From a virus, in the IMG/VR virus record IMGVR_UViG_3300025015_000011, positions 1 through 64,000 of that record: a DNA stretch of 64,000 nt; one strand, given 5' to 3'. Shown one piece after another: positions 46,576 to 56,623 of this stretch (within the stretch, counting starts at the first letter, position 1; every line of letters begins with the position of its first letter). Under the pieces are notes generated by a model that was not told where the DNA came from, made no database searches, and worked only from the letters and a program-made list of their open reading frames with translations. Both the position numbers and the translations under genes were made by a program.

Positions 46576-46736
46576 TTTAAAAGAGGGTTGTCGTTAGGAG
46601 CGACTGAGTCATGGAAGTGGGTAGCCTTAAATTATAATCAAGACATAAGACTAGTACGCTGGTGAGCACATGACGCAATTCCAGATATCCATAGTAGGCT
46701 GATTATAAACCCATACAATAGGCCCTCTTTAAATTT
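46574..46736 (+). ncRNA. Putative structured RNA of about 160 nt, possibly pseudoknotted
   Basis: Terminal AAAGAGGGTT/GGCCCTCTTT; internal GTCGTT/AGCGAC, GTCATG/CATGAC, TTATAATCA/TGATTATAA, TGGGT/ACCCA. Confidence 0.55.
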
Positions 46737-46750
46737 ATATTAGGAATGAG

Positions 46751-48394
46751 ATGAACAATTATAATCAGTGGATAATGCAACGAGAATATTCTGATAATGA
46801 TTTATATTTTCAGAAAACTAATTCTATATTTAAATATAAACCAAAAATTAGTATTATAATACCAACGTATAATACTAATTTAAAATATTTAACTGAAGCT
46901 CTTGATTCTGTCATTAACCAGACCTATTCTAATTGGGAAATATGTATAGGTGATGGGTCTGACAAAGTAGATGTAAAAGATTTAATATGTAAATATCAAA
47001 AAGTTTATAAAAATATCAAAGCTTCTTTCTTATCTGAAAATAAAGGTATTATAGGCAATTCAAATGAAGCAATTAGGAACGCTACTGGAGATTTCATTAC
47101 ATTTCTTGACCATGATGATACTCTTGCACCATTTGCTTTATTTGAAGTAGTTAAAGAATTGAATAATGATTCTTCATTTGATATTCTTTATTCCAATGAG
47201 GATAAAATAACTAAAGATGGTATAAGATGTAATCCTCATTTTAAACCAGCATGGTCGCCAGATACTTTAAGAAGTTACAATTATATATGTCATTTAGCAG
47301 TTTATAGAACTTCTTTAATAAAAGAATTGGGGGGATTGAGTTCAGGATTTGAAGGGGCTCAAGATTATGATTTAATACTCAGGGCATCAGAAAAAACGGA
47401 TAAAATTCATCATATCAATAAGATACTTTATCATTGGAGAATGATACCAGGGTCTACTGCTTTAGATGGTAATAATAAACCATATGCTTTCGAAGCAGGA
47501 AGAAGCGCAGTACAGGCCCATGTTAAGAGGGTTCTTGGCTCTGCATTTGTATCTGAAGGTTTATTTCCTGGTTCATATGAAGTAAAATATATGATGAAAG
47601 AAACCCCCTTAGTATCGGTAATTATACCTAATAAAAATAATTACTCTACTCTTAAAACTTGTCTAGATTCTATATTTAAGAATACTTATAAAAATTACGA
47701 AATAATAATTCTTGAAAATGGGAGTGTAAATAAAGATATTTGTGATTATTATAATATTCTTTCAAAAGTAGATAATGTCAAAATAGTAGAATGGAAAAAA
47801 GACTACTTTAATTATTCAGAAATAAATAATTGGGGCACTTCATTTGCCTCAGGTGATTATTTCTTATTTTTAAATAATGATATTCAAGCAATAAATGATG
47901 ATTGGCTTGAACGAATGATGGAATTTATTGTTCGTAAAGATGTAGGTGTTGTTGGTGCGAAGTTATATTATCCTAATGATACCTTGCAGCATGTTGGTGT
48001 TATGGTTGGTATGGGTGGAATAGCCGGGCATCCTTTTTGTAAAGCTCAAAAAGATTCATTAGGGTATATGGGAAGAGCTAAAATTATTCAAAATCTTACT
48101 GCTGTAACTGGGGCCTGTTTACTTACAAAAAAAGCAGTTTTCAACGAAGTTGGTGGATTTGATGAAAAATTAGTTCTAGCATTTAATGATGTAGATTATT
48201 CTTGTGCTTCAAGCTCAAGAGGATATAGAACTGTTTGGACTCCTTATGCTGAACTATATCACCATGAGTCACTAACAAGAGGTTATGAAGATACACCAGA
48301 AAAGAAAGAAAGATTTTGGAATGAAGCAAAATATTTTCAACAGAAATGGGTCAAGCTACTCAAGTCTGGTGACCCATATTATTGGAGAGATTAG
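46751..48394 (+). CDS. Two-domain GT2 glycosyltransferase
   Basis: ISIIIPTYN..FLDHDD..GAQDYDL; VSVIIPNKN..LNND..AVTGAC..FNDVD. Confidence 0.92.
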   Translation: MNNYNQWIMQREYSDNDLYFQKTNSIFKYKPKISIIIPTYNTNLKYLTEALDSVINQTYSNWEICIGDGSDKVDVKDLICKYQKVYKNIKASFLSENKGIIGNSNEAIRNATGDFITFLDHDDTLAPFALFEVVKELNNDSSFDILYSNEDKITKDGIRCNPHFKPAWSPDTLRSYNYICHLAVYRTSLIKELGGLSSGFEGAQDYDLILRASEKTDKIHHINKILYHWRMIPGSTALDGNNKPYAFEAGRSAVQAHVKRVLGSAFVSEGLFPGSYEVKYMMKETPLVSVIIPNKNNYSTLKTCLDSIFKNTYKNYEIIILENGSVNKDICDYYNILSKVDNVKIVEWKKDYFNYSEINNWGTSFASGDYFLFLNNDIQAINDDWLERMMEFIVRKDVGVVGAKLYYPNDTLQHVGVMVGMGGIAGHPFCKAQKDSLGYMGRAKIIQNLTAVTGACLLTKKAVFNEVGGFDEKLVLAFNDVDYSCASSSRGYRTVWTPYAELYHHESLTRGYEDTPEKKERFWNEAKYFQQKWVKLLKSGDPYYWRD

Positions 48395-49164
48395 TGTTAG
48401 CTAATATAGTTATAACAACTTTCAATCGACTTAATTTTACAAAACAAACTATTCCTAATATAATAGATACTGCTTCTGATAGTATTTCTTATATGATAAC
48501 GGTTGTTGATAATGGTAGTAAAGATGGAACTCCTGAATATCTCATTGAATTATTTAATCAAAAGAAAATAACAAATCTTATATTACTACCTGAAAATATA
48601 GGAGTTGCCAAAGGCCAAAATTTAGGATGGAAGTTATTTGAAAACGTTTCAATTTATGGAAAAGTAGATAATGATGTTTTATTTCATAAAAAAAATTGGT
48701 TGAATGAGATAATTTATATTTTAAGTAATTCTTCAGAACTTGGAGCATTAGGTTATAACTGCGAAGCAAAAGATTGTTATTCTATAATAGATAATGGGGC
48801 AGTTAAATATAGATATAAACAAGGTAATATAGGCGGGGCTTGCCATTTTATTCCAAGAGCAGCACAAGATATTTTAGGCTTTTGGTGTGAGGATTATGAT
48901 AAGTATGGTGAGGAAGATGCAGATATGGGGTATCGTATAGTTATGGCAGGATTAAAAAATGCTTATATGATAGATGAAAATGTCATGGAACATCTACCAG
49001 AACCAGTAACTGAATATGTTGAGTTTAAACGTAAGCAAAGGAATGATAACCTAGCAGGTAAATGGAATCAAATTTTAACAGAATATCAAAGTAAACAAAG
49101 ACCGTTAAGAATAGAAACTAATGTCCTTAATGAGATTTCTTATACATTAATGAGTAATTTATGA
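48382..49164 (+). CDS. GT2 glycosyltransferase
   Basis: IVITTFNR, VDNGS.DGT, DND, YGEED. Confidence 0.88.
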   Translation: MERLVLANIVITTFNRLNFTKQTIPNIIDTASDSISYMITVVDNGSKDGTPEYLIELFNQKKITNLILLPENIGVAKGQNLGWKLFENVSIYGKVDNDVLFHKKNWLNEIIYILSNSSELGALGYNCEAKDCYSIIDNGAVKYRYKQGNIGGACHFIPRAAQDILGFWCEDYDKYGEEDADMGYRIVMAGLKNAYMIDENVMEHLPEPVTEYVEFKRKQRNDNLAGKWNQILTEYQSKQRPLRIETNVLNEISYTLMSNL

Positions 49165-49889
49165 TTAGTATAGTTATGGCTTATTATAACAGAAAAGAAC
49201 AACTAATTAAAACTTTAGAGAGTATCAATCAACAAAGTTATAAAGATATAGAAGTTATTATAATAGATGATGGAAGTTCACTTGGTCAAGGGGTACCATT
49301 TGCTCCATATTCATTTAAAACTACAGTAATTGATATTTGTCTTTCTGAAAAAACCTGGTGCAATCCCTGCATCCCATTTAATATAGGATTTAAAGCAGCA
49401 AAAGGTGATATAATTATAATACAAAATCCTGAGTGTTATCATAATGGTGAGATTTTAAAACATGCTGCTGAAAATGTTAAAGATAATAATTATATCACTT
49501 ATGGTTGTTTTTCTTTAGATGAGAGTAGTACCAGAGATTTAATGAATTTATCTACTCATGATAAAACTGCCTCTTTCGATGGTGATTTTGGTTGGTATAA
49601 CCATTCTATCTACAGACCTGCAAATTATCATTTTTGTTCTGCTATAACACGAAAGAATTTAGAAGAACTTGGCGGGTTTGATGAAAGGTATGCCAATGGT
49701 GTTGGATATGATGATGATGAATTTTTAATTAGAATTAAAAAGAAGGGGCTCAAGGTTGAACTAGTTGATACCCCTTTTGTTTATCATCAGTGGCATTATA
49801 GCTCAAATATATTCACAAATAAACCATCAAATGAAAACTTATTTAAAAATACTACATTAAAAGAAACAACATGGAAAGTTAATGCTTAA
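49161..49889 (+). CDS. GT2 glycosyltransferase
   Basis: SIVMAYYNR, IDDGS, GGFDER..G.GYDD. Confidence 0.88.
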   Translation: MISIVMAYYNRKEQLIKTLESINQQSYKDIEVIIIDDGSSLGQGVPFAPYSFKTTVIDICLSEKTWCNPCIPFNIGFKAAKGDIIIIQNPECYHNGEILKHAAENVKDNNYITYGCFSLDESSTRDLMNLSTHDKTASFDGDFGWYNHSIYRPANYHFCSAITRKNLEELGGFDERYANGVGYDDDEFLIRIKKKGLKVELVDTPFVYHQWHYSSNIFTNKPSNENLFKNTTLKETTWKVNA

Positions 49890-50451
49890 ATTATCTATTC
49901 TTATTCCCTCAGTACCATCAAGAAGAAAAACTTTTCTTCAAAGAATATTAGACCAGTTAGAATCTCAAATTAATACAAATGATATAGAAGTAATTGTTCT
50001 TTATGATAATAAGAAAAGAACAGTAGGAGAAAAAAGAAATGACCTTTTAAACTTAGCACGAGGTCAATTTTTAACTTTTATTGATGATGATGATAGAATT
50101 TCTGATGATTATATAAATAAAATTATTTCTACTATTAATAATAATCCATTAGCAGATTGTATAGTTTTTGATAGCATTTGTACTGTAGATGGAATTTCCC
50201 AAGTATGTAAATATGGGATAGAATATTCATATAATTATGCCAGCCCACCAAATATATGGACAGGTAGACCCGCACATACAATGGTATTTAAATCTGCTAT
50301 AGCTAAGAGCATTATGTTTCCTTCTATTAATTTTGGAGAAGATATGGATTGGGTTTCAAGAATTTGCAATCAAATAAAAAATCAAGTTAGAATAGATTCT
50401 GTTTTGTATTATTATGATTTTAATAATATAACATCTGAAACAAGAGGGTAA
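49882..50451 (+). CDS. GT2 glycosyltransferase
   Basis: LSILIPS, GEKRN, FIDDDD, FGED. Confidence 0.85.
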   Translation: MLKLSILIPSVPSRRKTFLQRILDQLESQINTNDIEVIVLYDNKKRTVGEKRNDLLNLARGQFLTFIDDDDRISDDYINKIISTINNNPLADCIVFDSICTVDGISQVCKYGIEYSYNYASPPNIWTGRPAHTMVFKSAIAKSIMFPSINFGEDMDWVSRICNQIKNQVRIDSVLYYYDFNNITSETRG

Positions 50452-51206
50452 TGAAAAAGAATATAGAAATAATAGGAATGATTTATAAGTCTCCGAGTTA
50501 TTTAACTATGATGATAAATCAATTTCTATCCGAATATAACCAAGTAGATGACTGGAATATAAAATTCCGTATATTAGTTAATAATCCACAGGAAAAACTA
50601 TTGCCTTACCTAGCAAAGGCTATAACTTCTTTTGGAGATAAGATAATATTTGATATTTATGAAGATAATTCCCCTATTGATTATTACCTTAATAGAGTTT
50701 ATAGGTGTTGGAATTATGGAGGTCGAGTAACAAAATATGATAATATTTGTTTTGTAAATTCAGATATGATTTTCAGTAAAAACTGGTTAGGTAATTTATT
50801 AAAGCATCATGATGGGATAAACATTCCTTGTAGCAAATTATTTGAAAGTGGTAAAATGCCCAGCGGGAAATGGGGTGAAACAATGCACTTTGGTTCTAAT
50901 CCAGTCAATATGAATTATTTATCTTGGTATCAGTATGCTGAATATAAACAAACAATAGATAAAGGTATAGGTATTGGTGGATTATATATGCCTTGTATTT
51001 TTTCTTCACAAAGATTTTATGAGTCTGGTGGATATCCTGAAGGAAATATATATGTTGGAGGGGCAGGCCAAATAAATACTACCTTTGTAAAAAGCGGTGA
51101 TGATTATTTCTTTCATGATATATTAGAACAAAAATTTGGTATGCGACATATAACATCATTTGACTCATTGGTTTACCATTTTCAAGAAGGTGAGCTCTGT
51201 GACTAG
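50451..51206 (+). CDS. GT-A-fold glycosyltransferase-like protein
   Basis: WNYG, FVNSDM, GGYPEG, SGD, VYH. Confidence 0.7.
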   Translation: MKKNIEIIGMIYKSPSYLTMMINQFLSEYNQVDDWNIKFRILVNNPQEKLLPYLAKAITSFGDKIIFDIYEDNSPIDYYLNRVYRCWNYGGRVTKYDNICFVNSDMIFSKNWLGNLLKHHDGINIPCSKLFESGKMPSGKWGETMHFGSNPVNMNYLSWYQYAEYKQTIDKGIGIGGLYMPCIFSSQRFYESGGYPEGNIYVGGAGQINTTFVKSGDDYFFHDILEQKFGMRHITSFDSLVYHFQEGELCD

Positions 51207-51693
51207 TCATTCTCATTCAAACTTTATATATGAATTTATTAAACTTTGTCATTATAAAACTTATTTAGAACTTGGTATTTATGATGGTGAAACTTTTTCA
51301 AAAATAGTACCTATTGTTGATATAGCAGTAGGGGTAGATATTGAAGATAAGAGAATAATTAAAAATGGCATATTCTTTAAATCAACAACAGATGATTTCT
51401 TTACTAAAAATTTTCAAAAATTTGATTGTGTTTTCATTGATGCTTGTCATGAAGCAAAACAGGTTGAGAAAGATTTTTTAAATGCAATTAAAATATTGAA
51501 TATTGGAGGGACTATAATATTACATGATACTGACCCAATATCTGGATTTTATATCCAGCCAGGATATTGTGGAGATGCTTATAAAGTTTTAAATAAAATA
51601 GGAAAAGAATTTGCTCAAATGACCTTCCCAATAAATGAATGTGGTATAACTTTTATTAGACGAGTTAGTGATAGGAGAGTCCTTTGTTTATAA
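51199..51693 (+). CDS. Class I SAM methyltransferase (Methyltransf_24-like; GTG start)
   Basis: YLELG..DG.T, FIDACH, GG.I.LHD. Confidence 0.85.
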   Translation: MTSHSHSNFIYEFIKLCHYKTYLELGIYDGETFSKIVPIVDIAVGVDIEDKRIIKNGIFFKSTTDDFFTKNFQKFDCVFIDACHEAKQVEKDFLNAIKILNIGGTIILHDTDPISGFYIQPGYCGDAYKVLNKIGKEFAQMTFPINECGITFIRRVSDRRVLCL

Positions 51694-52403
51694 ATATCTT
51701 AAATATTTTAAAAGAAATAAAAGAAGTTTCATATACAGATAAAGATGTGCGAGCCTCTTGGGTAGGACCAGGCCCAGCAAGTACTGATTGTTTTGACTAC
51801 TTGAATTTAGCTAAATGGGCAAATGAACATCTTCATATGTATGAAGGGTTTTATAATGAAATAAATAGAACATCTGGAAAAATAATGGATATAGGTTGTG
51901 GGGCTGGGTTTGCTACTATAAATCTATTAAATAATTTTAGTAACTTTAAAATCAATGCCATAGATTTTGATGAGAAATGTATAAATTTTGCTAACAAATA
52001 TAATAGTCATAAAAATATTAATTATATAAATAATGACATCTTCATATGTGAAATAAAAGATAAGTTTGACTACATTTTTGCATTAGAAATATTAGAACAT
52101 CTGCCCGCAGAACACCATTATTCTTTTATAGATTTATGTTTAAGTTATTTAAAAGATGATGGTAAATTATTTATTACTACCCCTAATGCTAAAAAAGAAA
52201 GTGATGGGGATTTTTCACATATAGGTTTATTAAATAATAAAAGGTTTGATTCTTTTTATTTTAAATATTTTGAAAATATATTAGAATTGAATTTTTATGA
52301 TAGTAAACAATTTATAGTACATGACCCCCCGCTTAGTTATATGGAAGGAGACAAATCTCATTTTAGAATAGTCTTAGTTAAACAAAGGGATTTAAAAAAT
52401 TAA
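51684..52403 (+). CDS. Class I SAM methyltransferase
   Basis: MDIGCGAG, FD.I.ALE.LEH, LK..G.L.I.TPN. Confidence 0.88.
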   Translation: MFINILNILKEIKEVSYTDKDVRASWVGPGPASTDCFDYLNLAKWANEHLHMYEGFYNEINRTSGKIMDIGCGAGFATINLLNNFSNFKINAIDFDEKCINFANKYNSHKNINYINNDIFICEIKDKFDYIFALEILEHLPAEHHYSFIDLCLSYLKDDGKLFITTPNAKKESDGDFSHIGLLNNKRFDSFYFKYFENILELNFYDSKQFIVHDPPLSYMEGDKSHFRIVLVKQRDLKN

Positions 52404-53289
52404 AACTGGTTATTTAATAAATGATTGTTTAACTTGTATTCCTGGGACTAAAACATTTTGGCATGATTTATTGGAATGGATTCCAGGATTAGAAGATAAA
52501 ACTAATGGATATACTGATTATTCAATATTAGCAGATATTGTAGAATTACTACCAAGACCTGATTATATTATTAGGAATGCTACATATTTTAGAAGATTGA
52601 ATATTAATGTCCCTACTATTAGTTTACTTCAAGATGCTAATAAAACTTCAGAACAAATTGATGTTTGTTGTCACTCTGATATAGTTGTATTTAATTCACC
52701 ATATACTTTGTCATTATATGATGCTCATCCTTTTACAAGAACAGAGTTAATACCATTAGGAGTAGATTCTGATTTCTTTAAACCAAAATTTGATACCTAT
52801 CCAAGGGTTTTACCAAATTCAATATTATTTGTGGGGGCATCTAATAATTTTCCAAAAGGATTTGATATTGTCCTTGATTTAATTCTTAATACTGATTATA
52901 ATTTTTGTTTGGTTATGAAAGATGATTTTAGAATATCACATGAAAGGGTAACAGTTTTTAATAAAGTTGAACATGATGAATTAAAAAGAATATATAATTC
53001 TTGTTCAATGTTGTTATGCACTTCAAGGATTGAAACTCAACATTTAGCAGGGATAGAAGCAGGATTATGTAACTTGCCGATTGTAACTTCTAATGTAGGT
53101 ATTTATTATAATAAGCCTAATGGTGAATGGGGCATTAATGTAAAAGATAATAATTTTAAAGCAGGTATAGATTTTGTTATGCGAGATAATAGGTTTAACC
53201 CCAGAAAATATTGGCTAGAACAAGGAATTGACAAAAAAACATGTAAAGAAAAATGGATACATTTAATAGAGGAGATTACACATGTTTAA
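52399..53289 (+). CDS. GT4-type glycosyltransferase (frame open back to an apparent ATT start at 52399)
   Basis: LGVD..FF.P, LFVG, KGFD, E....GIEA..C..P.V..NVG. Confidence 0.8.
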   Translation: MKTGYLINDCLTCIPGTKTFWHDLLEWIPGLEDKTNGYTDYSILADIVELLPRPDYIIRNATYFRRLNINVPTISLLQDANKTSEQIDVCCHSDIVVFNSPYTLSLYDAHPFTRTELIPLGVDSDFFKPKFDTYPRVLPNSILFVGASNNFPKGFDIVLDLILNTDYNFCLVMKDDFRISHERVTVFNKVEHDELKRIYNSCSMLLCTSRIETQHLAGIEAGLCNLPIVTSNVGIYYNKPNGEWGINVKDNNFKAGIDFVMRDNRFNPRKYWLEQGIDKKTCKEKWIHLIEEITHV

Positions 53290-54340
53290 AGAAGAATATA
53301 GTCCGTACAAGCTCGTCCATCATTTAGATAAAATCCAACAAATAAAAAATGGTGAACAAGTTAATCCTGTTCAAGTACATTTGGTACCAGCAAACGCTTG
53401 TAATCAGAAATGTTCTTTCTGTGCGTATAGAATGGAAGGTTCATCAAGCAATCAGAAATTTATTGAAAGTAATATCATACCAACACCAAAATTGCTTGAA
53501 ATAATCGATTCTTTACATTCTATGGGAGTTAAAGCTGTTCAATTTACTGGAGGAGGTGAACCTCTTATCCACCCAGGAATTAAAGAAGCAATTAGAAAAA
53601 CAAAAGAATATGGCATGGAAATTGCTTTAGTTACTAATGGTGTTTTACTAGATGATGAATTGATAGATTTACTTAAAGATGTCTCATGGGTTAGGATAAG
53701 CATGGACGCAGCAATTTCTGAGACATATCAAAGGACTAGAAAAAAGAATGATTTTGATTTGGTAATCAATAATATAAAGAAGCTAGCTAAAGTTAAAACA
53801 AGTACTATTCTAGGTATAGGATTTGTTGTTAATAAAGATAATTGGCAAGAAATATATATAGCAGCAAAACTTTTTAAGGAATTGGGTGTTGATAATATAA
53901 GACTATCTGCTATATTCACCCCTGATGGCATTTCTTATTTTGATGAATTTTTAGCGGAGGCTAAATGGTTAGCTAAGGAAACAAAAGAGGTTCTTGAGAC
54001 AGATAAATTTACAGTATTTAATCTTTTTAATGATAGAGTAGCTGATTTATTTACAGTTAAACAAGATTATGATTCTTGTTATCTTAAAGATTTAGTACCA
54101 TATATTGGGGCAGATTTGAATGTTTATACTTGTTGTATATTAGCATATAATAACATGGGGTTAATAGGATCTATTAAAACCCTGACCTTTGAAGAATTAT
54201 GGCAGTTCACAGGAAAGAAGATATTCTATGAGAATCATAATCCTAAGAAACATTGTCAACTTCCTTGTATGTTCAGAGAAAAAAATAATTTTTTGAATTA
54301 TTGTGTAAAAAAAGATGTTAAACATATTAATTTTATTTAA
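53282..54340 (+). CDS. Radical SAM / SPASM-domain protein
   Basis: CNQKCSFC, FTGGGEP, TNG, RISMD; C-terminal C...G.D..VY.CC. Confidence 0.9.
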   Translation: MFKEEYSPYKLVHHLDKIQQIKNGEQVNPVQVHLVPANACNQKCSFCAYRMEGSSSNQKFIESNIIPTPKLLEIIDSLHSMGVKAVQFTGGGEPLIHPGIKEAIRKTKEYGMEIALVTNGVLLDDELIDLLKDVSWVRISMDAAISETYQRTRKKNDFDLVINNIKKLAKVKTSTILGIGFVVNKDNWQEIYIAAKLFKELGVDNIRLSAIFTPDGISYFDEFLAEAKWLAKETKEVLETDKFTVFNLFNDRVADLFTVKQDYDSCYLKDLVPYIGADLNVYTCCILAYNNMGLIGSIKTLTFEELWQFTGKKIFYENHNPKKHCQLPCMFREKNNFLNYCVKKDVKHINFI

Positions 54341-54349
54341 GGAGAAGTA

Positions 54350-54673
54350 ATGGTTGAATTAATTTGGTGGTTGGTTTGTGCTCATTTCCTTGGTGATTTT
54401 GTTCTACAAAGTAGATGGGTTGCTGAAAATAAAGGAAGTAAATGGTATGTTTTATTAGCACATAGTATTACTTGGGCAGCTCCGATTACTGTGGTATTAT
54501 TTTTATTTGGTTATTTCAGTATACCAGTTGCTGTATTTTTAGTAGTTACTCACTATATAATTGATGATTGGAAATGTATGTTACCAATGGAATGGAAATA
54601 TATCTATCTTGACCAGATAATGCACTTTGTTTCAATTGGGTTAGTTTTGGTTCAGTCAATATATTTGAGTTAA
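54350..54673 (+). CDS. DUF3307-like membrane protein
   Basis: HFLGDFVLQ, H..., HYIID, DQ.MH. Confidence 0.8.
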   Translation: MVELIWWLVCAHFLGDFVLQSRWVAENKGSKWYVLLAHSITWAAPITVVLFLFGYFSIPVAVFLVVTHYIIDDWKCMLPMEWKYIYLDQIMHFVSIGLVLVQSIYLS

Positions 54674-54676
54674 TCC

Positions 54677-55000
54677 ATGAAAATTCTTAAGGAGTATAAA
54701 GATGGTTCTATATATGTTTCTACTGTGATAAATTTAGGTGATGTTGAAAAATTATATGAAACAATAATTTACCACCCTTCTTTAAAAGGGATACATTACC
54801 CACTATGGGATGATATTGTTGTGGGAGAATGTTCAACAGAAAAGGAAGCTTTAGAAAATCATAATTATTGGGAAGAAATAATCAAAAGTGGTTGTCTACC
54901 TTATAGTATAATTAATGTTTCTACTTGTAATTTTGCAAAAGCTCTTGACAGATTAAAGGGAAGGAAATGGAGGGTTTATAGAAATCCAATTTTGACTTGA
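54677..55000 (+). CDS. Hypothetical protein
   Basis: VSTV...YET.I...EA...H pattern. Confidence 0.6.
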   Translation: MKILKEYKDGSIYVSTVINLGDVEKLYETIIYHPSLKGIHYPLWDDIVVGECSTEKEALENHNYWEEIIKSGCLPYSIINVSTCNFAKALDRLKGRKWRVYRNPILT

Positions 55001-55025
55001 CAAAAGTATACTAAAATGATAATAT
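54997..55025 (+). promoter_or_regulatory. sigma70-type promoter
   Basis: TTGACA-17-TAATAT. Confidence 0.65.
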
Positions 55026-55044
55026 TTGTTTATTGAATAAATAA

Positions 55045-55350
55045 TTGAAGGGGAAGAAAATGAAAGAGTTAATCATGCCAAGGTTAGAAAATTGGAGTGT
55101 TATATTAAATCAATTTGGCCCATATGAAGCACCAGAACAACATTCTGCTCAGTTAAGAGGAAATGTTTTCAATCATCCTAGATTTGAAGATGGTGAAGTA
55201 GTTATAACATCTTTAATAGTCAAAGAAAAGAATGGAATGATTGTCACTCATTCTGGCAGTCATTATACTTTGGGTGAAGTAGATGCAGAATATGAAAGAC
55301 TTTATCCAGATGCCAAAAATCGGTTGATAAAATCTCTTAGAGGAGAGTAA
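55045..55350 (+). CDS. Hypothetical protein (RLENW domain)
   Basis: RLENWS..LRG.V..H..F.DG..V.TS; paralogous to the 23847 N-terminus. Confidence 0.7.
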   Translation: MKGKKMKELIMPRLENWSVILNQFGPYEAPEQHSAQLRGNVFNHPRFEDGEVVITSLIVKEKNGMIVTHSGSHYTLGEVDAEYERLYPDAKNRLIKSLRGE

Positions 55351-55351
55351 A

Positions 55352-56623
55352 ATGCAAAATATCCCAGCCATCCTTTCTGAAATAGCATCAACCAGCTCTA
55401 AAATTGAAAAAGTAGCCCTTATTAAAAAAAATAAGTCCATGAATATGGAGTTAATTTTTTCACATGCTTATAATCCTTTCATAACCTTTGGAACCACAAA
55501 AATTGAAATGGATGACTTTTCATTCAATGATAATAGAGTTATTGATGAAAGGTGGTTTGATGCTATGATACAGATGTTAAACAAACTTTCAAAGAGAGAA
55601 TATACTGGAAACAGAGCTCGTGATATAATCAGGGATTTTATGGAATCTGGACCTGAGGCCTGGGCTCGTTTGATTTATAATATTCTCAATAAGGATTTGA
55701 GAATTGGAGCCAGTGAAAAGTCTATTAATAAAGTTTATGATGGCCTCCTTCCTGAGGAATTTGTTCAGCTTGCTCATTTGTTTGAAGAAGGCAAAGATGA
55801 AAAAAGGCTCAAGTTCCCTGTTTATTGTGATATTAAATTTGATGGTCTTAGGGGCAAAGTTGAACTTGATGAAAAGGGAGAATATGTAGTAATTTCCAGA
55901 AATGGAAAGATGTACAGAAATTATATTACCATACAAAAAGAACTGAAAATACTTTCTGATTATCTCAAGAAGCCAAGCATTATGTGGGATGGTGAGATAA
56001 CAATGGGTTCTCTTCAGGATATCCTCCGGACTGCACAAAGAAAAGAAGATGGAATTGAACTTGCAAAGGATGCTGTTTATAACATCTTTGATATAGTTGA
56101 CTTGGACTTGAAACAGAAAGATAGATTGACATTTATCCTCAATGATGTTAAAAATGCAATTGAAAAGTTGAACTTGAAACACCTCAATGTCATTGAAGGA
56201 AAGTATCTAAATACAGTTGAAGAAGTAAAGTCTTTCTTTAATGAAGCTCTTAAACAAGGACTTGAAGGCATCATGGTAAAAAATCTTGATGCTCATTATC
56301 AGTTCAAAAAGGGATATAATTGGATGAAGCTCAAGGAAGAAGATACAATTGACCTTGAGATAGTAGGATTTGAAGAAGGTAAGAAAGGTACCAAAAATGA
56401 AGGCAAGCTTGGTGCTTTCATTGGTAGACTTCCAAATGGTGGGACTGTCAATGTTGGAGGTGGTATCAAGGATGATGAACGAGAAGAGTATTGGAATAAC
56501 AGAAAAAAGATTCTTGGAGATATAATGGAAGTCAAGTTTCAGAAGAAGACAAGGGATGGTTCTTTACAGCACCCCAATTTTGTAAGATTCAGGCATGATA
56601 AAAGGAGGAATGAAAATGTTTAA
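55352..56623 (+). CDS. gp30: ATP-dependent DNA ligase
   Basis: KDLRIG, KFDGLR, SRNG, DGEI, FD, EGIMVK, WMKLK, OB fold. Confidence 0.93.
   Translation: MQNIPAILSEIASTSSKIEKVALIKKNKSMNMELIFSHAYNPFITFGTTKIEMDDFSFNDNRVIDERWFDAMIQMLNKLSKREYTGNRARDIIRDFMESGPEAWARLIYNILNKDLRIGASEKSINKVYDGLLPEEFVQLAHLFEEGKDEKRLKFPVYCDIKFDGLRGKVELDEKGEYVVISRNGKMYRNYITIQKELKILSDYLKKPSIMWDGEITMGSLQDILRTAQRKEDGIELAKDAVYNIFDIVDLDLKQKDRLTFILNDVKNAIEKLNLKHLNVIEGKYLNTVEEVKSFFNEALKQGLEGIMVKNLDAHYQFKKGYNWMKLKEEDTIDLEIVGFEEGKKGTKNEGKLGAFIGRLPNGGTVNVGGGIKDDEREEYWNNRKKILGDIMEVKFQKKTRDGSLQHPNFVRFRHDKRRNENV

Noticed and set aside
46600-46690. Hammerhead ribozyme in the intergenic RNA
   Set aside because: No intact CTGANGA and GAAA core in the required arrangement
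55589-56535. Antisense or alternative-frame ORFs over ligase (and similar ones at 1758, 4962, 5486, 11448, 14522, 22049, 22721, 33068, 41012, 60572)
   Set aside because: They shadow well-supported genes, lack RBS, and show the F/S/I-rich composition typical of reverse complements of AT-rich coding DNA
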